Counted from the stretch's first letter, positions 1 through 10,172 are shown. The stretch is DNA of 64,000 nucleotides from Thermodesulfobacteriota bacterium (GCA_963675595.2 CAXXLZ010000002.1:3072001-3136000); one strand, 5' to 3'. A program made the numbers and translations. The notes: generated from the sequence alone by a model not told the origin.

Positions 1-408
1 ACCATCCTCTTTGGCTTCCTTGATCAAATTGTCGGCAGGGGGTCCCTGTCTGAGTCTGAGTTTCAGATCCTTGCGTCGCGAACGAATGATTTTCACCTCT
101 TCAAAAGTCCTATCTTTCACCTCCGCCAGATAGAACTCCACCGATTCCTCGAAATATGGAGCATCTGCCGGACAATGGTCCATGAATATCTTCCAATATC
201 GACGCAACATGTCCGCTTCCGCGGGAAAACTTGCCGCCGGGTACAAACGATGGCTGGATATTTCTCCGAGTTGCAGCGCTCCTTCCGGTCGTGACGGGAC
301 CGAGGCCAACATGGTGACGTCCGCCCACACGTTGGAGGCCAATTTGGCGGTTTGCTTGACCGCGAACTCGCTGTAAGTTTGGTCGTCCAAGCCTAGCAGA
401 ATTCTCAT
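1..408 (-). CDS. Universal stress protein (UspA family), truncated by window edge
   Basis: Not in the ORF track. Read manually: AGGAGG RBS, then ATG at 408 giving MRILLGLDDQTYSEFAVKQTAKLASNVWADVTML...LRLRQGPPADNLIKEAKEDG. This is a typical USP beta1/helix pattern with G-x-P-A-x-x-I/L. Confidence 0.75.
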   Translation of the reverse strand, partial: MRILLGLDDQTYSEFAVKQTAKLASNVWADVTMLASVPSRPEGALQLGEISSHRLYPAASFPAEADMLRRYWKIFMDHCPADAPYFEESVEFYLAEVKDRTFEEVKIIRSRRKDLKLRLRQGPPADNLIKEAKEDG

Positions 409-449
409 GTCTACCTCCTACACACCAGATCCAATCCAATTTGTCGTTG

Positions 450-1271
450 TTAATACATGACTATGAGCAACGACACATCCAGAGACGCCGGCAGGCTCAG
501 TCGGCCCGCTTTACCGAGGTGTTTCGGAACGGCCGCAGCTACAAGATCGAACTCGCCGAGAAATCTCTCGCGCATATCGGAATTCTCCTCCGGAATCTCC
601 ACGATTGTGACATCGCAGCGAGATTCCGTCAGCAGATTCCCGGCCCGTTCCAAGTCTTGAACGGCCACCTTTTCAAACCCGTCCGAATCTTGGTCCGTAA
701 CGGGAATCGCCAAATGAAGCGGTGTGGCGCAGTCCGCCCAAAGTCTTTGAAAACAAGCAGCGAGGACGTCAATGCTCGCGGAATCGTGACAAAGAATCAG
801 GACTTTTCGGATTTCGCTTACACCCCGAGCCAAAATCACAGGGCAACGCAAGCGCTGATACAGCCTGGATTGCAGCTTCTTATGAAGCGAAGACGCGTTC
901 CAAGTGAAGTCGACTCCTTCGATGAAGAGATCGTAGGGGGTTTCATCCATGACTCTCAAAAGCTCGGCCTCACGGTCGCCCAGAAGCACTTCGGGAGGTC
1001 GAACCATGGGGCAGAATCCCTCTTCGGAACTCATCAACTCCGCCATTTCCTGTTCGCCTTGGTGCAGAATTTCGCGTTCCCAGGTGTGACGAGCCCACCC
1101 GGAACCCGTGGCCGGCTCGAGAGACAGCGATTCCTTGACGTAAACCGGCTGTATTTCGATATCGATGAGGCTTCCCAATCGGCAAGCGAACCGGATCGCC
1201 CTGCTGGAAGATAGATCCACATAGGTGGCCACAAGCGTCTTAATCACGATTTCCCCTCCTCTTGCTCGCAT
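450..1271 (-). CDS. Tandem-domain universal stress protein-like
   Basis: IKTLVATYVDLSSSRAIRFA, LLGDREAELL, RLRCPVILARG..IRKVLI: two USP-like halves. The true start is probably the downstream GTG. Confidence 0.7.
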   Translation of the reverse strand: MRARGGEIVIKTLVATYVDLSSSRAIRFACRLGSLIDIEIQPVYVKESLSLEPATGSGWARHTWEREILHQGEQEMAELMSSEEGFCPMVRPPEVLLGDREAELLRVMDETPYDLFIEGVDFTWNASSLHKKLQSRLYQRLRCPVILARGVSEIRKVLILCHDSASIDVLAACFQRLWADCATPLHLAIPVTDQDSDGFEKVAVQDLERAGNLLTESRCDVTIVEIPEENSDMRERFLGEFDLVAAAVPKHLGKAGRLSLPASLDVSLLIVMY

Positions 1272-1303
1272 CTTGCCGCAAGGCCCGGTGACATACCTCC
1301 GAA

Positions 1304-1693
1304 TCAGCCCACGGATGACTGCTGTTTCGCAACGACCTTCATTACCGATTGTTGAATTTCGCCTATCTTGAACGGCTTGGCGATGAAGTCGAATACCCCT
1401 TTGCGAAACGCTTCCTTCGCGGTTTCCATAGTGGCAAATCCGGTGATTACGATCACCTCCGTCCTCGACGAACGTTTCTTAACCTCCTCAAGAAACTGCA
1501 TGCCGTCGATTCCCTCCATCTTCAGATCTGTAATGATCAAATCATAGGTCTTCTCTTTGATTCGATTGACCGCTTCCTCACTTTGGGTGAACGTGTCGAC
1601 CTGAAAACCCAGTTTTTCGAGAGCCGGTTTGAGTCTTTTGCAGACGATGGGTTCATCGTCTAGTACCAGGATACTGAGCATGTCCTTATCCAT
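1304..1693 (-). CDS. Single-domain response regulator (REC)
   Basis: ILVLDDE, LIITDLKMEGIDG, VITG, FIAKPF. Start MDKDML at 1693 after GGAGG; overlaps the stop of the upstream dikinase-like gene. Confidence 0.9.
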   Translation of the reverse strand: MDKDMLSILVLDDEPIVCKRLKPALEKLGFQVDTFTQSEEAVNRIKEKTYDLIITDLKMEGIDGMQFLEEVKKRSSRTEVIVITGFATMETAKEAFRKGVFDFIAKPFKIGEIQQSVMKVVAKQQSSVG

Positions 1694-4268
1694 GTATTCC
1701 TCCCTCCTGTGGCAGGACGTCCCCGGAGAGGCCTTGGTGGAAGAAGGCCTCGACAAACTTCGGAACATCACCGTCGGTTCTTAACCGGATGTCCAATTGC
1801 CTTGTGAAGCCGATCAACCGGCCGATGATTTCCAGAGTTCGTTCCGCTTCCTGCTGGGAAATTCCTGACATACGCCCTATGACGAGATCATCTTTGGTGT
1901 TCACTTTGAAGTTGCACCGCGACAGGATTTCGGAGAGCAGTTGGGCTCTTCGAGACCTCCTGACCAGATCGGTTACTCCCCCGATAAATCGAAAATAGAC
2001 GTGATTCCGCTCCGGCTGAGGATCGATCCTGGCATCGATGAGGGTGAAGTGGTAACCGAGAGCAAGATGAACATTCATATAGCCGGCGCCGATAACGGCG
2101 AGATTCACCCCTGTAAGGGAGGTGGAGGAGGGTGATAGGGCGAAGGTTTTCGTCATACTCGACATCATTCCGCCGAAGTCAACGGGCACCGGGTCCGTGT
2201 TCCATACACCGGGACCGGACAGCCCTTTCCACATGGCTTTGAACGGAAGCGACAAAATTCGGTCCTCCGAGACTTCTTTTTGATCCCCTTCGGAATCGAT
2301 GCCTCCGCCGATATCCAGAATCTTCAAGTTCAACGGTACGTTGGATTTCAGATTCCACACCCGGACGCCCTTACCCTTTTTGGTGAATCTGGGAATATCC
2401 ATCAATTCATGAACCGCCTTCTCGTGGATGAAACGGATCATGTCGTGTACCGATTTGCATCCTTGTGATGTGAATTGCGGCGATTCCGGATCCAAAAGGG
2501 ATAAACGGGAAACTCGTTTGAGAATTCTGCGAAGAAGGCGGAACTCGGGGGTTTCTTCAAAAACCGAAGACTCCATGAGCTCAAAGTCGAGCAATTCCTG
2601 AGCCCTGCCTTCATAGATGACTCGTTGATGCGTGTCCAACGTAATCTCTTTCCCAACGGGAAGAATCGAAGCGGCATTCTCTACGTCGAAAAGAGCCGGA
2701 ACCCTGAATTCCCGCGCTATCGTCGCCAAATGTGAGGCGGCCGACCCCATCTCCGTCACTATGGCCGAGGCTTTGGGAAGAAGTCCGGCGAGGGACGGAG
2801 AGGCGAACCTGCTCACGATAATCGCTCCTTCGGGAAAGTCGCCGTGGTCTTCGTCATGCTGAACCACAAACACGGGCCCGGAACCCACCCCCGCATGGAT
2901 GACCACTCCTCGGTCCTTGAGCAGGATGGGATTGCAGGAACAGACTCTTCCGAGCTCCAATTTGGGAGAAGGCCTGTTCCAGGGGATCGTAAGTCGGCGG
3001 CTCTGCAAAATCCATAGTCGCCCATCCTTGCCCGCAGTCCATTCGATTTCCTGAGGGCATTTAAAATAACGCTCCAGCGCCAGAGCCCACTGGGACAGGG
3101 TCTTGATATCGGATTCGGAAAGGTAGGACTGAGGGTCTCCGTCGGCCATCCGAGACCCTGATTCGCCGTCGCCGGCTTTGCCTGCCTTTGCTTGTGACAA
3201 TCGAGTCGCAAAATCCACCGTTATGACTTGATACGGCGCGGCTCGATCGATCACGTATCGGACATGCGGGGAGTCTCCTTCCACCAGGCTGCGACCAAAG
3301 CCTCGGCAGGCGTAGACGGTCATGTGGTCGCTTCCTTCTTCGACGAAGTCCAACGTATGAGTCACTCCGCTGACACGACTGTCGATCATTTCCTGGCACA
3401 ACACCGCCATGGCGGGTTCTTCTCCCAGCAGTCCCATCTTCTTTCGATAAACCAATGCTTCCGGGGAAAACAGGCTGGCGATTACCCTCTTATACGCCTT
3501 TTTCAGTTCATCCTTTGTCACCTGAAGGAAGCTTTCATGCAAACCGGTGAAAGACAGTTCACCGTCCTCTCCGTAAGCACTGCTTCTAAAGGACCAAGAT
3601 GCGGATTTCTCCGCTTTGGCCAGAATTTCCCGACCGACGTTCTGGGGCACCAGACCGGCTAGAACAGCGAACTTGATTTGTCTGGATGTGATGGTCTCGT
3701 CCGTGTCTCCGGCAAGCCAGGATTCCAGCAAACCCAGAATTCGATCTTCCAGCTGATTGAGTTCCAGAAAACGATGATAGGCCTTTGTGGTCACGACAAA
3801 TCCGTTGGGTACCGGAATCTGAAGCTGCTGAGTGATTTCGGCCAGCGTGTTCGCCTTACCCCCGGTGAGTTCGGGAGTATCCAACGGTGCCTCGCTCAGG
3901 GAAGTCACAAAAGGCATTTTGTCCGAAAGAGTCAATCGCCCTCGAAGCTCCGCCAGAAGGGGAAGGAAGACACGGTCCAAGGTTTCGTATAATTCCTTGT
4001 ATTTATTGGATGAAATCAGGTTCAAATCCTTCACCATCTGTAGCAACAGACTTTGAAGCTCCGTGACCGAATCGTTCAAGTACTTTCGATCGAAAATGTA
4101 CTCTCCCCCCGACATTTCTCCCAGAGCCGTGACCAACTCCATGGCACGTTGGTGTTGAGCGAGCAGTCTTTGGAAGTGCTCGAAGATTTCGGGAAAGGAA
4201 ACCTCCTCGGATTGCGGCCGCTGCCTTCCGGTCCAAAGGGATCGCCATTTGTCGATCAAATGTTTCAT
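1686..4268 (-). CDS. PEP/pyruvate-dikinase-like protein (ATP-grasp + phospho-His swivel domain + atypical C-terminal domain)
   Basis: GGKANTL, FRSSAYGEDGELSFTG, QEIEW, ILQSR (ATP-grasp); VTEMGSAASHLATIAREF (His swivel domain). No recognisable PEP-binding TIM barrel. Confidence 0.85.
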   Translation of the reverse strand: MKHLIDKWRSLWTGRQRPQSEEVSFPEIFEHFQRLLAQHQRAMELVTALGEMSGGEYIFDRKYLNDSVTELQSLLLQMVKDLNLISSNKYKELYETLDRVFLPLLAELRGRLTLSDKMPFVTSLSEAPLDTPELTGGKANTLAEITQQLQIPVPNGFVVTTKAYHRFLELNQLEDRILGLLESWLAGDTDETITSRQIKFAVLAGLVPQNVGREILAKAEKSASWSFRSSAYGEDGELSFTGLHESFLQVTKDELKKAYKRVIASLFSPEALVYRKKMGLLGEEPAMAVLCQEMIDSRVSGVTHTLDFVEEGSDHMTVYACRGFGRSLVEGDSPHVRYVIDRAAPYQVITVDFATRLSQAKAGKAGDGESGSRMADGDPQSYLSESDIKTLSQWALALERYFKCPQEIEWTAGKDGRLWILQSRRLTIPWNRPSPKLELGRVCSCNPILLKDRGVVIHAGVGSGPVFVVQHDEDHGDFPEGAIIVSRFASPSLAGLLPKASAIVTEMGSAASHLATIAREFRVPALFDVENAASILPVGKEITLDTHQRVIYEGRAQELLDFELMESSVFEETPEFRLLRRILKRVSRLSLLDPESPQFTSQGCKSVHDMIRFIHEKAVHELMDIPRFTKKGKGVRVWNLKSNVPLNLKILDIGGGIDSEGDQKEVSEDRILSLPFKAMWKGLSGPGVWNTDPVPVDFGGMMSSMTKTFALSPSSTSLTGVNLAVIGAGYMNVHLALGYHFTLIDARIDPQPERNHVYFRFIGGVTDLVRRSRRAQLLSEILSRCNFKVNTKDDLVIGRMSGISQQEAERTLEIIGRLIGFTRQLDIRLRTDGDVPKFVEAFFHQGLSGDVLPQEGGIHG

Positions 4269-4400
4269 GTGGAACAACCCCGAAGGTTCGGGCAAGAAGG
4301 CGATTTTTTTCGGTCCTTAAAAGAACTCCGCCGTATACAATTATGAAATCCTCTTCGCCGCATACGGAATTCCCGTAACTCAAAACCGGCCTTCGACCTG

Positions 4401-5186
4401 TTAATGTGCTCCCCCTTTGCCTTTGAACAAGAATCCCATGGCAAACCCAACAAAGATGGCGATCAATACGGCCACAATTCCGTATACCGCCTCGTGGTGA
4501 AACGCCATGGAATTCATGAGCGCCGGAAAGCCGACCATATCAACCTGTAGAGGAGTGCATTCCTTGTTCAGCAAACGACCGTTTCCCACCACCGACATAC
4601 AGACCGTATAGGCTCCGGGCCGTACCGATCCGGGTAGACGAAAGGAGCATTCAACCGCGGATCCGTCCTCTCCTCCGGGGGAAACCAGAACTTTTTGCGC
4701 GGCTTTAGAATAGAGCTTCTCGCTTTGTTTCAGGTCGATAAACTGTTGGAACAGCTCGGAGGAGTTATCCAAGCCTTGGCCTGTGAAGGAGATGAGGCTC
4801 TGAAGATAACCGTAACCCCAATCTTCGTTTGAGCCCGAAAGTAGTTGATCGTCATCGCTTGCGACAAGGAACAGATCCGGAGCGCCTTCGACTTCCATTT
4901 CCCCTACGTTCATCCAGAGTCCGCCTCGGCGACCCTTGCGCATCAGGCGAATGTCGTGAGTCGGACCGATCACCTCTATGACCGCGTGGGTTTCATTCGG
5001 AATCTTTCCCGTGACCTTGACGTTTGCCCCATCAAAGGTTGTACCGATATGGACAAGGTTGGGAAGCACATGAAGGCCGCCCACGTTCGCCGCCTCCGCA
5101 CTCTTCAACGTGCAGGCGAGAATCAGGCAGCAAAGGATCAAGAACAGCGTTGAGTTCGCCGATCGGTCGCAACTTTCCCTCAACAT
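4401..5186 (-). CDS. TIGR02186-like membrane-anchored protein, partner of TauE
   Basis: Signal peptide, HIGTTFDGANV, RKGRRGGLWMN, C-terminal TM helix (YGIVAVLIAIFVGFAMGFLF). Immediately downstream of the TauE gene. Confidence 0.7.
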   Translation of the reverse strand: MLRESCDRSANSTLFLILCCLILACTLKSAEAANVGGLHVLPNLVHIGTTFDGANVKVTGKIPNETHAVIEVIGPTHDIRLMRKGRRGGLWMNVGEMEVEGAPDLFLVASDDDQLLSGSNEDWGYGYLQSLISFTGQGLDNSSELFQQFIDLKQSEKLYSKAAQKVLVSPGGEDGSAVECSFRLPGSVRPGAYTVCMSVVGNGRLLNKECTPLQVDMVGFPALMNSMAFHHEAVYGIVAVLIAIFVGFAMGFLFKGKGGAH

Positions 5187-5187
5187 C

Positions 5188-6120
5188 TCAATGTCCCCCT
5201 TTATAGGCTATCATGTGATGAGGGGTCAGCATAAGGCCGAAAAGCATCTTAAACATTACGATCAGCACAATGGAAGCCAGGAGAATTTTCAACTGATCGG
5301 CTTTGAGTCTACGACTCATCTTGGCGCCGAATTGGGCTCCCAGAGTCGAACCGAGCAACAAAAGCATAGCAAGAATTAAATCCACGGTGTGATTGGTAAT
5401 TGCCTGCATAAAGGTTACATTGATGCAGGTAAACAGTATCTGAAAAAGGCTCGTTCCGACCACCACATGCATGGGCATCCTCAGCATATAAACCATGACG
5501 GGAACCATTATGAACCCGCCGCCGACACCCATTATTGCCGATAATACACCTACCAATACGCCAAGTACCAGAGGAACCAGCGGTGAAAGTGTGATACCCG
5601 ATTTTTCAAAATGGGTTTGATAAGGAAGCGATTGTATAATCCGGATATATATTGAGCTCTTTGGAGAACTCTCTTTCTTTTTCTGTGTGTATTTATGCTT
5701 CTTCAGTGCCTGGAGGCTTTCTATGAACATGAATGCACCAACCAAGCCAAGCATGACAACATAGGTGATCTTAATGACGAAGTCGGCGCTTCCAAGGCTG
5801 TTCAATATTTTGATCAGCCGGACCCCGGCGGTTCCACCGATCACACCACCGATGAGCAAATATAAACCCATTTTAAAGTCGACATTTCCCAGGCGGTAAT
5901 GGGCGAATGTCCCCGACGTGGATGCGGCGACAATCTGGTTGGAGTCGGAGGCGGCCGCCACCATGGGGGGAATGCCTACCATGATGAGAAGAGGGGTCAT
6001 CAAAAACCCGCCCCCGACACCGAACAGACCTGAAAGGAATCCAACGCCACCCCCAAGTCCGAACAACAGAAGAATATTGGTCGAATGACCTGCGAGTGGG
6101 AGATAAAGATTAAGGAACAT
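5188..6120 (-). CDS. TauE/SafE (sulfite exporter) family permease
   Basis: Two repeats, SGLFGVGGGFLMTP and SAIMGVGGGFIMVP; VVVGTSLFQI; many TM segments. Confidence 0.9.
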   Translation of the reverse strand: MFLNLYLPLAGHSTNILLLFGLGGGVGFLSGLFGVGGGFLMTPLLIMVGIPPMVAAASDSNQIVAASTSGTFAHYRLGNVDFKMGLYLLIGGVIGGTAGVRLIKILNSLGSADFVIKITYVVMLGLVGAFMFIESLQALKKHKYTQKKKESSPKSSIYIRIIQSLPYQTHFEKSGITLSPLVPLVLGVLVGVLSAIMGVGGGFIMVPVMVYMLRMPMHVVVGTSLFQILFTCINVTFMQAITNHTVDLILAMLLLLGSTLGAQFGAKMSRRLKADQLKILLASIVLIVMFKMLFGLMLTPHHMIAYKGGH

Positions 6121-6139
6121 CGTGATTCTCCTTCGGCGG

Positions 6140-6604
6140 CTATTGGATAGTGGATTCCGAGTAACGACGGACGTTGCCTTTTTCTTGAACGATCAGAATT
6201 TCCCCTTCGAACGCGCCCCTGAGATTTTCCAGATTTGAAGAAAACCCGGCATAGCCTGTCTTGCCGGCCACATGCGTTACTCCCAACACAATGAATTGAA
6301 TCCATGGCTGAGAGGTTACGAGACGGATGATCTCATCAAAGAACAGCCCCCTGGACAGGTAGGTTGAAGTGGTCACCCCTGCCGATCGGGAAAGTTCGAT
6401 CATTCCGTCTAATCGAGAACGTTGTTCTTCACTGAGGCCCTCCAGGATGAGTTCTCCCTCCTTGGGACCTCCCCCACCAACCCCGGGGACAACGGCCATC
6501 AAGAGCAGCGCGGACTTGGTACGAGCGGCGAGCTGCAATCCGTACCGAGCGGCCGCGAGGCCGGTCTCCCCTAAATCCAGACTGACAAGAACGGTCTTCT
6601 GCAC
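6140..6604 (-). CDS. Universal stress protein-like
   Basis: GTG start at 6604 after GGAGG (the track ATG at 6646 falls inside the sigma-54 promoter). KTVLVSLDL...AAARYGLQLA...RGLFFDEII. Confidence 0.65.
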   Translation of the reverse strand: MQKTVLVSLDLGETGLAAARYGLQLAARTKSALLLMAVVPGVGGGGPKEGELILEGLSEEQRSRLDGMIELSRSAGVTTSTYLSRGLFFDEIIRLVTSQPWIQFIVLGVTHVAGKTGYAGFSSNLENLRGAFEGEILIVQEKGNVRRYSESTIQ

Positions 6605-6629
6605 ATGACAACCTCCTGCTCTGCCCTTT

Positions 6630-6646
6630 AGCAAGAGCCGTTCCAT
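6630..6646 (-). promoter_or_regulatory. Sigma-54 (-24/-12) promoter of the USP/TauE/dikinase operon
   Basis: Minus strand reads TGGAAC-GGCTC-TTGCT, exact GG-N10-GC spacing, just upstream of the RBS. An NtrC-family activator is encoded next door. Confidence 0.8.
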
Positions 6647-6662
6647 TTGGTTTATTTATTAA

Positions 6663-6786
6663 TTTCAATAGGTTAAATTGGGTGGGTCCCAAAAGGGGGA
6701 AGGGAATTGTTTCAAAATGAAAAAACGTCGAGAGAATCGCGGAAAACACTGAAATGGCAGGCTTGAACGTGTTCCATATTGGAACG
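6663..6786. promoter_or_regulatory. Putative IHF site and enhancer (UAS) palindromes
   Basis: TTTCAAtaggTTA (6663-6675) resembles WATCAA-N4-TTR. Related dyads: TGTTTCAAAATGAAAAA (6708-6724) and TGTTCCATATTGGAACG (6770-6786). Confidence 0.55.
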
Positions 6787-7342
6787 CTTGGGGAAGTCAA
6801 AGTGGAATGGACCGGCCGGAACCGGAAGTATGTGGCCGCTGTTTGCCGCCGATTCGCGCCGGTTCAAGGGGAAGGAAAGGGGCTCTCTTCGCAGGGCACC
6901 GGATTAACAAGCTCCGTAAGTAAACTTTCGGCGTTTTCCGGAAAAAGGATTGTTCAAAGTTTTCCGGGGGAGGTCCGGAGCCGCTGCGAAGCCCACTGCC
7001 GATCTCCGAATATCCTCCACAAGCATGCCTGGCCGAACAGAAGTCCGCTCATTGAATCGGCGTTCCGGTTTCGTCGGGGCGGGCCGTGGGGGCTGTGGAC
7101 TTTACTCAAGGAAGAGCGGGGCACGGAATCCGGGCAACTGAAGATAAATAGGATTGGCCTCGGCCCGTGATTTTCCGGTGAAGACCGTTTCCGCGGCATT
7201 ACCCGCCCATCCTGTGAACGTGCACGGATCTTCGGCCCTTGCGATCGGACTTCCGAACAGGTCGGCAAGAGAGGAGGATGGGAAGCGAGAAGGGCTGTAC
7301 CAAAGGTGAGTCATTCCACCGTTCGACGGGGCGGGAGGCCTG

Positions 7343-8701
7343 TTAGTCTTCAGCGAGGGCCACGCGCTTTTTCGAAAAACCGTACTTCTTCATCTTCCGC
7401 CACAAGGTCGTCCGAGGAAGGCAGAGAATTTCCGAAGCCTTGCCCATGTTGTAGTCCGTTGCGGCCAATACCTTACCGATATATTCGCGCTCGTGATCTT
7501 CGAGTGTGATCCATTCACTAAGGGGAGTTACGGAGTAGGTCCACAGGTCTTCGGGCAGGTCGTCGGTCATGACCATGTCCCTTTCCGCCAAGGCGACGGC
7601 TCGCTCGATGATGTTTTCGAGCTCCCGCACATTTCCGGGATAGGTGTAGTTCAGGAGAATTTCCCGGGCTTGCGGATGAATTCCCGCCAAATTCTTGCGA
7701 AATTTCCCGTTATAACGTGAGAAAAAATAGTTGATGAGGAGAGGAATGTCCTCTTTTCTGTCTCTAAGCCTGGGGAGCTCTATCTTAACCACGTTGAGTC
7801 GGAAATATAAATCCTCCCGGAATCTTCCATCGCCTACCGCCCGTTTCAGGTCTTTGTTGGATGCGGCCAAAAACCTCAGGTCGAGACTGATCGGCCGGCT
7901 CCCACCTACTCGTAGGATTTGTTTTTCCTGAATGACTCGCAGCAGTTTTGCCTGCATGGTCAGCGGCATATCGGCGATTTCATCCATCAACACGGTCCCG
8001 CGATGGGCCGTTTCGAGAATCCCGATCTTCGTCATGGTCGCCCCTGTAAAGGCTCCCCGCTCATACCCGAAAAGCTCGCTGGCAATAAGCTCCTCGGTAA
8101 ATCCGGCACAGTTGAATGCAACAAAAGGACGATCCTTTCGGGCGCTTTGCCTATGGATGGCACGAGCAACCAATTCCTTGCCCGTACCGCTTTCGCCTTG
8201 GATAATAATGCTGCAGTCCAGCGGAGCGACTTTTCGAATCGCCAGGAAGATATCCTTCATCGAATTGCCGCCGCCGACCATTTCCCCCCATCCCTCGATG
8301 GGGTCTAGTTGCGCCTTGAGTTGAGAGTTCTCGCGCAGAACACGCCTGTATTCCAGAGCCTGTCGTGCTAAATGCCGCACGTCCGCAAGCCTGAGAGGTT
8401 TGGACAAATAATAGAAGGCGCCGGCTTTGACGGCCTCGATGGCGGAGTCGATGGACGCGTACCCCGTGATTAGAATAATCTCCGTGTCGGGCGATGATTC
8501 CTTGATCTTGCGAAGCACCTCGGTACCGTTCATACCGGGGAGAACCACATCCAAAACGACCAAATCGAAAAGCTTAGACTCCAGGTCTTCCAGCAAGGCT
8601 TCACCCGTGCCGTAGGTGTCTACGCTTGAACCGTCCTTGGAGAGTTCGGCACTGAGACGTTTTCGAACGATGGGCTCATCGTCGACAACTGCTATACGCA
8701 T
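7343..8701 (-). CDS. Sigma-54-dependent response regulator (REC-AAA+-HTH, NtrC family)
   Basis: Start MRIAVVDDE. GESGTGKE, ELFGYERGAFTGA, LMDEI, FREDLYFRLNV, YPGNVRELEN, HTH ending TLWRKMKKY. Confidence 0.95.
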   Translation of the reverse strand: MRIAVVDDEPIVRKRLSAELSKDGSSVDTYGTGEALLEDLESKLFDLVVLDVVLPGMNGTEVLRKIKESSPDTEIILITGYASIDSAIEAVKAGAFYYLSKPLRLADVRHLARQALEYRRVLRENSQLKAQLDPIEGWGEMVGGGNSMKDIFLAIRKVAPLDCSIIIQGESGTGKELVARAIHRQSARKDRPFVAFNCAGFTEELIASELFGYERGAFTGATMTKIGILETAHRGTVLMDEIADMPLTMQAKLLRVIQEKQILRVGGSRPISLDLRFLAASNKDLKRAVGDGRFREDLYFRLNVVKIELPRLRDRKEDIPLLINYFFSRYNGKFRKNLAGIHPQAREILLNYTYPGNVRELENIIERAVALAERDMVMTDDLPEDLWTYSVTPLSEWITLEDHEREYIGKVLAATDYNMGKASEILCLPRTTLWRKMKKYGFSKKRVALAED

Positions 8702-8708
8702 TCTCTCC

Positions 8709-10172
8709 TCACGATGATGCGGATTTGATCCGGCACACATTGGTGGGAAGAATCACGGTGAAAGTGGATCCTTCGCCTTTTTTGCTCTTCACCTCGAGCC
8801 TGCCGCCGTGTTTCCGCACGATGTTGTAGCTTACCGACAAACCCAATCCCGTGCCTTTGCCCACTTCCTTCGTCGTGTAAAACGGATCGAAAATATTGGG
8901 GAGGTCCCGTGCGTCTATTCCCGCACCGGTATCGGATACGTCCACCATCACCGATTCGCCGTCGGGCGACGACGCGGCGTGGACCGTCAGATCTCCTCCT
9001 TCCGGCATCGCCTGGAAGGCGTTAATGATAAGATTGAGGAAAACCTGCTGCAGGCTCTTGGCTTCACCATAAGTGGGGGGCAGGTCTTCAGGGATTTCGG
9101 TGATGAATCGGACGCGGGAGAAAGCCAGTTGGTTGCGGACCAGTCGGGCCGTGTCTTTGATCAGTGAGTTGATCTCGATGGACTCCAATTCCGGTTTTTC
9201 CGCGCGGGCGAAGTCGAGCAGGTTTTTCACGATCTCCGACGCCCTCTCGGACTGGATGAGGATGTCCTGAAGCATTTCGTGGATGTCTTCTTCTTTCATT
9301 TCATGGAAGTCTTCTTTGATTGCTTCGGTGGTGAGCACGATGTTGTTGATGGGATTATTGAGCTCGTGAGCGACGCCGGAGGTGAGCGTGCCGATGGCGG
9401 CGATCTTTCTGGACTGAACCAACTGCTCCTGCCGATCCTCCAGTTCGCGAATCATTCTGTTGAACGTGGTGAAGACGGCCCTGAATTCCTCGGATCGAAG
9501 GTCGTCTTCCGGTATGAAGGAAAAGTCGCCTTGAGCAATCCTTGTCATGGCGGCTTCGAGCTTGATCAACGGATAGACCAATATTTGTGAAAGATGAAAT
9601 GCGACGGCCACGCCAAGGATCAGAAACACTCCCATGGAAGCGGCAAAAAGTTGAATGGTTTTTTTAAATAGTCGACCTATTTGTTCTCTTTCCTCTTTTC
9701 TCCATTGATGCGCAATATCGAGCATAACCTGTCCAAAGCTGCGTAACCGTCCCTCCAAGCTGGAAATTCCCAAGGGAGTACTTTCCTGTGCGGCTCCGAA
9801 GCTCAAGGACTTTATTTTTTCCAGGGTGACTTTGTAATTCTCCAGTGCATCCCGGAACGATTCCCCGCTATGCGACTCATCTCTGTCTGAAATGGCATCA
9901 CCATACGCTGAGTATAATCCTTCAACGCTGCTGATATAGTATTCGGCTTCATGGATACTGGTCGGCTCGTGGTACAGAAAGTAGTTCTTTTCGAAACGAC
10001 GCGTCTCCAGAATATTGTCCATCAGGTCATCCGCCACTTCCACGAGACGCAGCTTGGTTCCAATCTCTTGGTGAACTTGAAGGCTGATGATTCCGAAGAC
10101 GGCTACGGAAAAAACGCAGAAAAGAAAAGCAAGCAGGATTCTTTTGCGGATTTTAATTGTGGATTTTTCCAT
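8709..10172 (-). CDS. Membrane sensor histidine kinase (HAMP-HisKA-HATPase)
   Basis: Two TM helices, ETRRFEKNYFLY, HAMP, GVAHELNNPI, QQVFLNLIINA, DTGAGI, GKGTGLGL. Confidence 0.95.
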   Translation of the reverse strand: MEKSTIKIRKRILLAFLFCVFSVAVFGIISLQVHQEIGTKLRLVEVADDLMDNILETRRFEKNYFLYHEPTSIHEAEYYISSVEGLYSAYGDAISDRDESHSGESFRDALENYKVTLEKIKSLSFGAAQESTPLGISSLEGRLRSFGQVMLDIAHQWRKEEREQIGRLFKKTIQLFAASMGVFLILGVAVAFHLSQILVYPLIKLEAAMTRIAQGDFSFIPEDDLRSEEFRAVFTTFNRMIRELEDRQEQLVQSRKIAAIGTLTSGVAHELNNPINNIVLTTEAIKEDFHEMKEEDIHEMLQDILIQSERASEIVKNLLDFARAEKPELESIEINSLIKDTARLVRNQLAFSRVRFITEIPEDLPPTYGEAKSLQQVFLNLIINAFQAMPEGGDLTVHAASSPDGESVMVDVSDTGAGIDARDLPNIFDPFYTTKEVGKGTGLGLSVSYNIVRKHGGRLEVKSKKGEGSTFTVILPTNVCRIKSASS

